DNA of 64,000 nt from Hyaloraphidium curvatum SAG 235-1 (taxonomy: Eukaryota; Fungi; Monoblepharomycota). Position numbers and translations under genes: made by a program. Location: positions 496,001 to 560,000 of the forward strand of contig JAIVFI010000011.1 in the NCBI GenBank assembly GCA_025558095.1, given 5' to 3'. Below, in pieces: positions 8,420 to 17,804 of this stretch. The notes under the pieces are model-generated. The model made no database searches and was not told the DNA's origin. It was given only the letters and a program-made list of their open reading frames with translations. Numbering within the stretch: position 1 is the stretch's first letter; every line of letters begins with the position of its first letter.

Positions 8420-11400
8420 ATCCAAGCTCTTGAACCACATGTGGAACCTCTTCCTGGAACTTCCCCGCTGCCGGACGGCACGGACCCTTCATCTCCTGGC
8501 GGATCGCCGGAGTTGTCGGATTCCGCGACCGATGAACCGACGGCGGAGGACCACGTTCATCATTGGCCCTTCGGGGGCACGGAGTACATCCTCTTCCTCG
8601 AGGCGGAGGCAGCTCGACAGGCCGCCGTTCGTCAGCAGCGGGAGGCGCTCATGCCGATCGACGAGACCCTGGCCCCGCCGCCGGCAGCGGATTCGGCGTC
8701 GCCCGGCTCGGTCGAGGTCGTGGGAAACGGTGAACCGGCGGCACAGGATGCGGACGCGGGATCAGCGGATGCACCTATGCACGAGGGCCCGACCGTCCGC
8801 GCCGTTCCCGGACCTTTCGAAAGGCCCCCTCCTCCTTCCGCCTACGCACGACCACCGCTGCCTGGCCCTCGGCCTCGCCCGCGGCCACCTGCTCCGGTCG
8901 CCCCTCCGCCGGATCGCTGGACGTGGACTTCGCAAGTGCAGTTCCACTATCAGGCGGCACGCGTTTCGGCATGGGTCAACGGCGTGAATACCCCCGCGGC
9001 CCTCGTCGACTCCGGTGCCTCAGTGGTGGCGGTTCGGTCGTCCTTCTTCTGCCGGATCCACCCGTCGCCACCGATCAAACCATGGACACTCGGCACCCTC
9101 AGCACGGCCGCGGCCGGCGGAACCATGTGGGTCCGCGGAGTTGCTAAGATGGACATCCTGGTCGGGAATCAACACTGCGTCATGGACGTCGCCATCATGG
9201 ACGGTCTCATGGACGACGTGATCCTCGGCACCCCTTGGCTCTCCGCCCTACGCGTTCAGATGGACTGGGAGACGCCGGTCCTCTATTTCAAGGACGATCC
9301 GGAGGGGGTCGTCGTGCCAATGCACATTGTTGCGCGACCGCTCTTCGGATCACACCTGGTCGCCCCGCTCCATTCAACCACCTCCATCACGGTCTACCCC
9401 AACGAGGACGTCTCGATCACCGCTGAGCTGGCCCCGACGACTCCCTTGGCGACCGTCGTGGAGATGGACTTGACAGGGGTCATCGAGACGCCGAACACTT
9501 CGCCGTTCGATCGCCTCTTCATCATCCCGTCGGCGACGCCCGACAGAGACGGTCGGCTGCCGATTCTCATCCGCAACTACGGGACGACACCGGTCACGAT
9601 CGGCCCGGGCACCCACCTCGGCCGCTTCCGCGTGCGGATTCCTGGATTTCTCGCTCCGGAACCGCCCACGTATCTGGCTCCCGCGCAGATCTCGATGCTG
9701 GAGCCCGAGCTGCCCCACACCGAACCGGCCGAATCCACGCTCACGGTCGAGGAGACCATCGATCTGTTCGCGGTGCCCTCGCCGGGATCGATTGGACCAC
9801 CTCAGCCTCCCGGCGTGGAGCCTCCTCCGGTCGAGGCTATCGAGCTCAAGATGGACCAAACGATCCTGAGCGAGGGGGACAAACCTCGTTTCCATAAGCT
9901 CTGCGACCGCTACCGGGACGTGTTTGGTCCTTGGATCGGCAAGCTGCGCAACCATCGCTTCCGGATCGACACGGGCGACCTCAAGCCGATCCACCAGATG
10001 CCGTACCGGACCCCGTTCCGGCTTCGCGGGGAAATGGACAAGATCATCGACGACCTGCTCGTGCAGGGCGTAGTCGTCCCCTCGCGAAGCCCCTGGGCCA
10101 CGCCCTGCATCATGGTGCCAAAAGGGCACGGCTCGGGCGAATGGCGCCTGGTGATCGATTACCGGAAGCTCAACGCCGCCACCAAGCGCGACGTCTACCC
10201 GATGAAGAACCCAAGCGACACTCTCGCTCTCCTCAGCGCGGCCAAGGTGTGGAGCGTTTGCGACATCCGCTCCGGCTTTTGGCACGTGGAGGTGGCCGAC
10301 GAGGACAAGGAAAAGACGGCCTTCACGACGCACCGCGGTCTCTACCAGTGGGAGCGGATGGCCATGGGCTTTACCAACGCTCCTGCAACCTTTGCTCGGA
10401 TCATGGACGAGCTCCTCGCCGGCCTCCAGTGGTACTGCTTGGTGGTCTTCATCGACGACATCATTATCTTCTCGCAGACGGTCGACGAGCACCTCGTGCA
10501 CCTGGAGCTCCTCTTTGACCGACTGCGCGAGGCCGGGATGACTCTGAAGCTGGCCAAATGCAAGTTCTTCCGCCGCGAGGTCAAATACCTCGGGCATTAC
10601 GTCACCGCCGACGGCCTCAAGGTCGACCCCGAGAAGACCCGCGCGGTGGACCAGTTCCCCCGCCCAACGACCAAGAAGGAGCTCCAATCGTTTCTCGGCC
10701 TCTCCAACTACTATCGCCCCTTCATTGCCGGCTACGCCAACATTGCCAGCCCGCTCACCCGCCTGACGCAGGACGGCGTCTCGGTCTCTCGGGCCTGGGA
10801 CGACGCATGCGAGGCCGCCTTCCGTATGCTAAAGGAACGGCTTACGTCGGCGCCCGTGCTCCGTCGCCCCGACTTTTCCAAGCGCTTCGTCTTGTTCACG
10901 GATGCCAGCGATATCGGCCTCGGCGCGGTGCTCAGCCAGCGGGACTCCGATGGCAAGGAGTACGTCATCGCCTACGCCAGCCGCGCTCTGCAGCCGAACG
11001 AGCGCAAGTGGGACACTCGGGAGCGCGAAGCCCTGGCCGTTGTTTGGGCATGCGAGCATTTCCGGGCGTATTTGATCGGGGACGAGTTTGAGGTGGTCAC
11101 CGACCATAGCGCCCTCAAATGGCTCTTGGAGACCTCCAAGCCGGGCCGCCTACAGCGCTGGATCCTCCGGCTCTCGGACTTCAGGTTCCAGATCATCCAT
11201 CGCTCGGGCAAAGCGAACTCCAACGCCGACTTCCTGTCTCGTCAGCTCGTGGCGCCGTCGCCCGACGAGGACGTGCCTATGGGCGACCCCGAGGAAATCT
11301 TGGACATCCCTGCCTTTTGGCCCCCAAACCCTCCCGACCCCTTGCCTTTTTCTTCTTTTTCTGGGGGGGGACGGGCGCCCGGATTCCTCTCCGGGAGTGA

Positions 11401-12448
11401 TCTCGGTCAGACTTCCCGTTCTTCGTCAACCCCAGTCACCGAGTCAGACTCGGGACGAGCTACTGCGGGTTCCTCAGTCAATTGTGAATCAATGGAGCGA
11501 GTGCTGTCTGGCACGGAGTTCCCGGCCACGGTTGCCGCAGTGGAGGGAACCCTGTGGAGCGATCCGGGGACCCTGCCCGAGGCTGCGGCACCGGAGACGC
11601 AGATCCTCCTGCCGATCCCAACGACGAACGCACAGGTCGACCCGGCAGACGTGCCTGAGCGAGACCTGGCGTTCCTTCATCCGGCACTGCTTGAGGTGCT
11701 ACCCGATGTCGGGGGCATCAGTGCTATTGACCTTGCCGACGTCAGATCCCGGGATGCCCTGCGCAAAGTGCAAGAAGCCGACGTCGAGACCAGCGCGCTG
11801 ATCCGCTTCGTACGAGACGGGGAGCTCCCTCCCAACGTGAATCTGGCCAAATTCTGCAAGAAGTACGGCGAGCAGTACTTCCTCGCTACGGACGGCGTGC
11901 TCTGCCGGCGCGATGTACTCGCGACTGGTACCCGTCGTATCCCGGTCACCCAGCTCGTGATACCGCACGAGCTGAGGGAGGCCTACCTGCAACGTGCGCA
12001 CGACGATCCCCTGAGCGGGCACGTCGGGCGACACCGGGCGTACAGCAATCTGCGGCGCCGCGTATATTGGGTCGGCATGGCGCACGACGTTCGCCGCTGG
12101 ACGCGAGCCTGCCTTACATGCATGACCCGGAAGATGCCTTCGGTATCGAACCAGGGCTTACTGAAATCGGTTCCTCTCACAGGTCCCAACGAGGACATCT
12201 ACATCGACTACATCGGCGAGATCAATCCAGCCTCTTCGGCCAGCGGCAACATCCCGCGCATGGCGGCCAGACGCACCAGTTGCAGGAAGCAGTCGACCAC
12301 GTCGTCCTCCTGGCGCGGCGCTGAGCTCCCGTTCGAGGACCACGCCGCTACGCTCTTACCTTGGTGCACAGCAGGACGTCGAAGGTCGGCAACCGAACCT
12401 CGAACCACGAACTCGGCGGGACGACGTTCGGCAGCTCCGCACTCATGA
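8372..12448 (+). CDS. pol: Pol: protease, dUTPase-like insert, RT, RNase H, integrase HHCC domain only
   Basis: ALVDSGAS and VILGTPWL (PR); WRLVIDYRKLN, MGFTNAPATF, FIDDIIIFS (RT); LFTDAS, EREALA, VTDH, NADFLSR (RH); AHDD..GHVG..CLTC (IN zinc finger); homology stops after IYIDYIGEINP..SGN at about 12250. Confidence 0.92.
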   Translation, partial: KKLALPSVPHGHRGAEIQALEPHVEPLPGTSPLPDGTDPSSPGGSPELSDSATDEPTAEDHVHHWPFGGTEYILFLEAEAARQAAVRQQREALMPIDETLAPPPAADSASPGSVEVVGNGEPAAQDADAGSADAPMHEGPTVRAVPGPFERPPPPSAYARPPLPGPRPRPRPPAPVAPPPDRWTWTSQVQFHYQAARVSAWVNGVNTPAALVDSGASVVAVRSSFFCRIHPSPPIKPWTLGTLSTAAAGGTMWVRGVAKMDILVGNQHCVMDVAIMDGLMDDVILGTPWLSALRVQMDWETPVLYFKDDPEGVVVPMHIVARPLFGSHLVAPLHSTTSITVYPNEDVSITAELAPTTPLATVVEMDLTGVIETPNTSPFDRLFIIPSATPDRDGRLPILIRNYGTTPVTIGPGTHLGRFRVRIPGFLAPEPPTYLAPAQISMLEPELPHTEPAESTLTVEETIDLFAVPSPGSIGPPQPPGVEPPPVEAIELKMDQTILSEGDKPRFHKLCDRYRDVFGPWIGKLRNHRFRIDTGDLKPIHQMPYRTPFRLRGEMDKIIDDLLVQGVVVPSRSPWATPCIMVPKGHGSGEWRLVIDYRKLNAATKRDVYPMKNPSDTLALLSAAKVWSVCDIRSGFWHVEVADEDKEKTAFTTHRGLYQWERMAMGFTNAPATFARIMDELLAGLQWYCLVVFIDDIIIFSQTVDEHLVHLELLFDRLREAGMTLKLAKCKFFRREVKYLGHYVTADGLKVDPEKTRAVDQFPRPTTKKELQSFLGLSNYYRPFIAGYANIASPLTRLTQDGVSVSRAWDDACEAAFRMLKERLTSAPVLRRPDFSKRFVLFTDASDIGLGAVLSQRDSDGKEYVIAYASRALQPNERKWDTREREALAVVWACEHFRAYLIGDEFEVVTDHSALKWLLETSKPGRLQRWILRLSDFRFQIIHRSGKANSNADFLSRQLVAPSPDEDVPMGDPEEILDIPAFWPPNPPDPLPFSSFSGGGRAPGFLSGSDLGQTSRSSSTPVTESDSGRATAGSSVNCESMERVLSGTEFPATVAAVEGTLWSDPGTLPEAAAPETQILLPIPTTNAQVDPADVPERDLAFLHPALLEVLPDVGGISAIDLADVRSRDALRKVQEADVETSALIRFVRDGELPPNVNLAKFCKKYGEQYFLATDGVLCRRDVLATGTRRIPVTQLVIPHELREAYLQRAHDDPLSGHVGRHRAYSNLRRRVYWVGMAHDVRRWTRACLTCMTRKMPSVSNQGLLKSVPLTGPNEDIYIDYIGEINPASSASGNIPRMAARRTSCRKQSTTSSSWRGAELPFEDHAATLLPWCTAGRRRSATEPRTTNSAGRRSAAPHS

Positions 12449-12586
12449 CAGGCGCGGAGATCCCCCCAGCTCTTCTGGACCCTACGTCGCGATCCCCCGC
12501 GAGCGCTTTCGTCGACGCAATGGCGTACGGCCCTCGCTCGCGCCCCGTCCCCCGTGGCGGGGACTGGTGACCCGGTGTGCGGGCGA

Positions 12587-12745
12587 ACTCGCGGTCGACT
12601 CGACTCGCAGTTGACTCGCGGTTGACTCGCGGTTGGCTCGCGGTTGACTCGCAAGTGACTCGCGAGTCACTCGCGAGTCGCTCGCAAGTCACTCGCGAGC
12701 GACTTGCGATGCACTCGCGAGTTGCCTGCGCTTCGCACCATATAA
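12587..12745 (+). promoter_or_regulatory. Internal promoter-like array (about 12 x 11-bp ..GACTCGC units) plus TATAA upstream of ORF3
   Basis: agttgactcgc ggttgactcgc ... aagtgactcgc gagtcactcgc ... then TATAA at 12741-12745, about 70 bp before ATG 12815. The unit is the same as in the LTR array. Confidence 0.65.
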
Positions 12746-12814
12746 GCGGCGGACCACAGGAGGCCGCGGCCGCGGACTACGCACCCAACGTCGACCTCGC
12801 CGCTACCGTCTCCC

Positions 12815-14080
12815 ATGGCGACCCCCACGACTGCCGGCCACAACCTGCGGCCCCGCCGGCCGCATGTGGCCACGGCGCCGCCGCCGGCGACTGCGCCCGT
12901 CGCTGCGTTGCCTGGCGTCGTACCCCCGGACTATCGGTCGGCGCTTGCCTCCCTCTCGACCCGGCTGGACGACCTCCGGGCCGACCTCGACGTCAGACAC
13001 TCCCAGACGACGGCCCACTTGCACAAGGTCGAGCAGGCCGCCTTCTCCGCGGTCATGCCCATCCGCGCAGCCCTCGACGCACTCCACCCGGTGCTCAACA
13101 CCCTCGTCAATGTCGGCAACCTGGAGCAGCACGCTCTTGACCGCGTAACGGCGACGCTCGAGCAGCAAGAGGCCCGCCTGGACGCCCAGATCCGCCAGCA
13201 GCGTGACGAGCTCCAGGTGGTCCTCAGTGGCCGCCACCGCGAACTTGAGTTCGCCGTCACCGCCTTGCGCCGGACCGACGACGCTCGTCTCGGTGCCATC
13301 GAGACGCAGCTCGACCGGCTTGCGTTGGTGCTCGAGGCTCAACGTCAGAACTTCAACGGCATTCTCCTGGTGGACGAAGCTACCATCGAGGAGTTGAGGG
13401 AGTTCGGCTCTTCCCTCGCCGGGCTGGTTGCTCAGACCGGGACCAACCTCGAAACCACCATCGAGACCGTCGTCGAGACCAATCTCGCCCGTCACAACAA
13501 TGGCCCCATGGCGGAGTTTGCGGCCGACCTCAAGAGCGTCCTGGCGGCCCATCTGCAGCGATTTGGGTCGGAGCAGCACAAGCAGCTCATGCTTTCAGCT
13601 CAAGACCACACCACGCTCCTCACGGCCGGCCTGAACGCGCAGCGCGAGCACTTCACCAAGACCGCCGACGAGCAACGGGCCCTCCTGCGTCGCTTCCTCG
13701 GCAATCAAGTGGCTCCCCTGGCGGGGCAAACGACGCCCGCCGTGGTCACCTCCACGCCGGTCGGCCGCGTCAAGGACGAGGACCTCGTCACCTCCGACGA
13801 TGAGGCTGGGGATATGCAACCTCCAGCTCCTCGCCCCGAGAGCGTGTCCAGCAGCGACGCCTCCTCCATCGTCTCGCAGGACGACGGCCTCTTGGCCGCC
13901 CTGTACGACGACATCCCGGCCGCTCCCTACAAGTCGACCATGCCCCCGGTCTACACCCCCTCGGCCGCGGACGGCTCAGCCGTGCATGCCGCCTTCGCTC
14001 TCGGCTTTACCCGCCGGCTCCGCGCCCCGCCGCCGAGCGACGACGAGGCGGACGCCGACGTCGACTTTGAGGACGCCTAA
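12815..14080 (+). CDS. Retrotransposon accessory ORF3 (421 aa, long coiled coil, acidic disordered tail), function unknown
   Basis: Intact ATG-TAA ORF between pol and the PPT with GC3-rich codons and heptad-like L/Q/E/R pattern. No signal peptide or transmembrane stretch is visible. Confidence 0.8.
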   Translation: MATPTTAGHNLRPRRPHVATAPPPATAPVAALPGVVPPDYRSALASLSTRLDDLRADLDVRHSQTTAHLHKVEQAAFSAVMPIRAALDALHPVLNTLVNVGNLEQHALDRVTATLEQQEARLDAQIRQQRDELQVVLSGRHRELEFAVTALRRTDDARLGAIETQLDRLALVLEAQRQNFNGILLVDEATIEELREFGSSLAGLVAQTGTNLETTIETVVETNLARHNNGPMAEFAADLKSVLAAHLQRFGSEQHKQLMLSAQDHTTLLTAGLNAQREHFTKTADEQRALLRRFLGNQVAPLAGQTTPAVVTSTPVGRVKDEDLVTSDDEAGDMQPPAPRPESVSSSDASSIVSQDDGLLAALYDDIPAAPYKSTMPPVYTPSAADGSAVHAAFALGFTRRLRAPPPSDDEADADVDFEDA

Positions 14081-14206
14081 GCCACCCTTCGGCCCTACAC
14101 TCTCCAACATCTGTTGTCTCCACCTCGGCCTTCAACATCTTCTACTGCAAGCATGACGTCACTCCGCGGAGGATCTTCGATTTCGTGGCGCCGAGGGCGG
14201 CGCCTT

Positions 14207-14222
14207 CTTTTGGGTGGGGGCG
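14207..14222 (+). other. Polypurine tract-like G-run
   Basis: ...TTTTGGGTGGGGGCG immediately precedes the 3' LTR TG. Confidence 0.6.
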
Positions 14223-14698
14223 TGCGAAGGTACAGGACGTCTGACATTCGGACAAGGGTATTTTCATTTTCGGTTCGGAGGCGTGGAGGCGTCGGTCCTC
14301 GCGATCGACTCGTGATCGACTCGCGATCGACTCGCGAGTGACTCGCGAGTCACTCGCGAGCGACTCGCGAGCGACTCGCAAGTGACTCGGCACAGCCACC
14401 CTCCTGGGATATATAAAGAGCGGGACATGTAACAGTACAATCTTGATCGCCAGTTGACTCTACGTGCTCTCCGTGTCGTTCGACCACCGTGCGGAACCCC
14501 GCCCGGCCGGATCCTCGTTCTGAGAGCCCTTGGGACGCACCCCGGGAGACATCCCGTAACCTCTTTCCCCCGGCTACAGTCAAGTATCTTCAGCGCTGTT
14601 CGCTTATTCATATTCAGGGCCTATCCGACCCGAAGAGCCGAGCGGGATTCGCGCGCCGGGTTAGAGCTTCAGGCCCGGTTCCGACCCGGACCGTCGCA
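14223..14698 (+). repeat. 3' LTR (A type), unit 1
   Basis: Reads identical to 6083-6558 and is followed by TSD ATCC. Confidence 0.95.
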
Positions 14699-15976
14699 AT
14701 CCGACGCAAGAGAGTTGACTCCGTGCACTTCATCCTCAGACACAGCATCAGGGTTAGAACCTCCGGAAAGGGAGATCACAGCAAGGGCAGACGTGGTCAG
14801 CAGCTGGAGAGCTGGCAATCCTTCTGCCGCCAAAGTTAAGGTAGCCAGAGCTGTTCGTACAAGCCCATAGAAGCCATGCCCATTACTCTCTGAGATACTT
14901 CCCGTACCTTGATGTCGTGCTGGTTGCCCATATTCCCTGCGCCTGCGCTTTGGTGGGGCACCGGCATCGTCTCCACCATCAGGTTCTGGCTCCGATGGGG
15001 CCTCCATTGATCCGGCTGATCCCAATCCCAAATTGCTTTTGGGGCTTACCGTGCACTTCAAAACCAATCGTGTTGGGGCAGCAAACACAAAATCGAAGGA
15101 TCCAACAGGCATGATGCCCAAATGAGACACTTGGAAAAAGCACATATTTCCAAACGGTTTGCAGGGGTCCGGTGAGACATCAAGAAGAGCAGTGGCCCTT
15201 GGTGTGCAATGTAGTTGCACCGTATAGTCCCCTTCCACGAGTTCACGAAGATCTAGCTGCCCAGGTACAGGTGCAAAGCATTGCAACGCTTTCAGTTGCA
15301 AGCGCACTGCGCTATCATTGGAAAACTTAAGGCAAACCAGCTCCGTCTCCGTTTGCTCGTAATCATGAAGTACGGACAAAGAATCAATGCCGAAACCAGG
15401 ACAGGCACTGATGTCCAGAACTGGACCACTCCAGAGTTTATAGGTCAGAGAAGGCTCCTTTGCCCCTTGACCAGACATTGATGTGGCCGATGATGCTAAG
15501 CTGGAATCAGTCCTTGGACGAGACATTGATCCGTGCGATGTTGCTATGCTGGATTCAGTCGGCGCAGTTTTCACAGGAATAGTGCAAGACGTTCTGTGCA
15601 GTTCCTCCCGTAGAGTCTCGCGTCGTTCTTCATCCTTTCAGTCACTAACAAAGCATGTCAGAATGAACACGTGTTCAGAACACGCGAAACGGGGTCGATT
15701 ACCCAAGATGGAGCTGTAGTGTCGGTCTGGAAATCAGCATTCTCAAGCTCCACCACGAAGTTGTCTTCAGAGTTTCCGGGGGCCGAGTCAGTGCCCGCGC
15801 TCGGCGTCCTGCTCATCGAGGGAACGAGAAGAGGGTTTTCGGCCGAAGGAGAGCTGCCGGCGGAAACCGATTGGCATGAAACGGGGAAGATGTCACTCTC
15901 CTCTTGCGTCGTTCACCCGCACCTTCCTCCCCGCTCAGAACGACCAAGAGGTCCCTCTCCATCGTCATCCGACATG
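14699..15976 (-). pseudogene. 5' part of the interrupted host gene (1,278 bp), carried in each repeat unit
   Basis: Putative ATG 15975-15973 (MSDDDGEG...). Two short GT-AG introns restore the frame into ORF 14669-15574. Copies at 25777-27054 and 36856-38133. Confidence 0.6.
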
Positions 15977-17637
15977 TGCGAAGGTACAGGACGTCTGACA
16001 TTCGGACAAGGGTATTTTCATTTTCGGTTCGGAGGCGTGGAGGCGTCGGTCCTCGCGATCGATTCGTGATCGACTCGTGATCGACTCGCGATCGACTCGC
16101 GATCGACTCGCGATCGACTCGCGATCGACTCGCGATCGACTCGCAAGTGACTCGGCACAGCCACCCTCCTGGGATATATAAAGAGCGGGACATGTAACAG
16201 TACAATCTTGATCGCCAGTTGACTCTACGTGCTCTCCGTGTCGTTCGACCACCGTGCGGAACCCCGCCCGGCCGGATCCTCGTTCTGAGAGCCCTTGGGA
16301 CGCACCCCGCCTTTGAGCGTGTCGAGGATGACACGGCCGCAGCGTACGCCGAGGCTGCGCGTGCTGGGCAACCGGTGGGCGCCGCGCCCGCCCGCCGTAC
16401 GCTCCCTGCGGACGCCAGTTTCTTCGCCCAGCCGGTTTGGCACGGCCTGCAGAGCGACCTTACGCGTCTCGAGGACCAGCGCCGCCTCGCGGCTCTGATT
16501 GCCTTGCAACCCACCACTTCCGCTGGTCTGGAGCGCCGCAAGCGGCTCGTCCAGGCGCAGGACGGCCTGTCGGCTTTCCTGACTGCCTCTCCCGCGCTGC
16601 TTGCCAACCACATTCGCAACAACTTTTTCCGCTTACTTGTACGCTTCCGGCTTTGCCTCCCGCTCCTGCACGAGGCCGACTACCCTGGTCTTTCCTTGCC
16701 CTGCCGGCGGGGCTGCAAGCGATCGGCCATGTCGCTGACGGGGGAGCACGCGTTCTCGGGCTGCTATGGCCGGGATCTCTTCAGTCCTGGTCACGACGAC
16801 ATTTGCGCGGCCATCCGCGCGGCGCTTCGCTCCATCCCGCTCCTCCGCGTGCACCCCATGCCGCCAAACCTCCTTGCGCATGGCTACGAGACTGTCACCC
16901 CGCCCACGCCTGCGGATGCTGGCCGCCTTGGCGACGTTCTCATCACGCACCGCGAAACCCGGAAACGGTGGTTGCTCGAGATCAAGACCCTCACCTCTAT
17001 GGCCCATTTGCACACGGGCCTGGTCTTCTCGGTCCCGGGCCACGCAGTCGAACGGCGGGTCGAGGCCGCCAGGAAGGACTACTCCCGTTTCGTCTTCAAC
17101 GCCAACTTCTACCCTCTGATCGTGCTTGCTTTTGATTCGTACAGCGCTGTCTCTGCCACTTTCTCGCGCTTCTCCTCGGAGATGGGGCGCATCCAGTATC
17201 CCGGGATCGTCGGCCGCGATGGGCAGCCCGTGGACCTCGATGGCCTTTACTCTCGTTTTGTGCGGCGCTTCCGCGAACGGATCGCGGTGGCCTGGGCTCT
17301 TGGCGTCGCGGCCCAACTCCAACACTGGCTTCAGCTGTGCACCGAAGCCGCCGCTGTCAACGCTCCGGCCCCCGCGCCGGTCGCATTTGGTTTGAATGTA
17401 GATGAGGAGCTGATTCTTGGGGCGTAGGGGGATTTCTAAGTGTACGGTGGGATTGCTAGCTCCTCATTACATGACGCACCCCGGGAGACATCCCGTAACC
17501 TCTTTCCCCCGGCTACAGTCAAGTATCTTCAGCGCTGTTCGCTTATTCATATTCAGGGCCTATCCGACCCGAAGAGCCGAGCGGGATTCGCGCGCCGGGT
17601 TAGAGCTTCAGGCCCAGTTCCGACCCGGACCGTCGCA
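15977..17637 (+). repeat. B-type LTR (487 bp; 9 x 11-bp units) interrupted by a non-LTR insertion
   Basis: TGCGAAGG at 15977, preceded by CATG. The array at 16057-16155 differs from the A type. The LTR resumes at 17473 and ends TCGCA at 17637, followed by the PBS. Confidence 0.93.
16310..17472 (+). mobile_element. 5'-truncated non-LTR retrotransposon with restriction-like endonuclease (CRE/R2-group-like), 1,163 bp
   Basis: 11-bp TSD GACGCACCCCG (16299-16309 / 17473-17483). The ORF ending 17427 has RFRLCLP, CRRGC-x10-H-x4-C, GHD, RLGDVLI..LLEIK (PD-D/ExK) and RKDY. Short 3' UTR, no poly(A). Confidence 0.85.
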
Positions 17638-17804
17638 CTGGTCCGACCTCCGTGATCCTGCTCTCGGGTCTTCGACACCTCGTTCGACTTCAGTTTCGAC
17701 TTCGATAATCCAAAAACAACTTCGCCTGGCACCGGCGCTTGTCGACTGCCACTCTTTTCTGTCAACCGTATTCCGTCAACCAAGTTCATTCCCCTTCGCC
17801 AAAC

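Larger units (their letters stand above)
6083..14698 (+). mobile_element. Ty3/gypsy LTR retrotransposon, element A (8,616 bp), integrase core deleted
   Basis: Two 476-bp LTRs (TGCGAAGG...CCGTCGCA), 4-bp TSD ATCC (6079-6082 / 14699-14702), PBS, PPT, gag, and pol in PR-RT-RH-IN order, plus an extra ORF. Confidence 0.95.

Noticed and set aside
6474-13579. Long antisense ORFs over gag, pol and ORF3 (e.g. 6474-7373, 9374-10687, 12803-13579)
   Set aside because: Shadow frames expected from high GC3 codon bias; no motifs.
12815-14080. ORF3 as a retroviral env
   Set aside because: No signal peptide, transmembrane anchor or cysteines; only its position is env-like.
16219-16309. TTG at 16219 as the real start of a 402-aa protein
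   Set aside because: The first 30 or so codons are LTR sequence that happens to be in frame with the truncated insert; non-ATG start.
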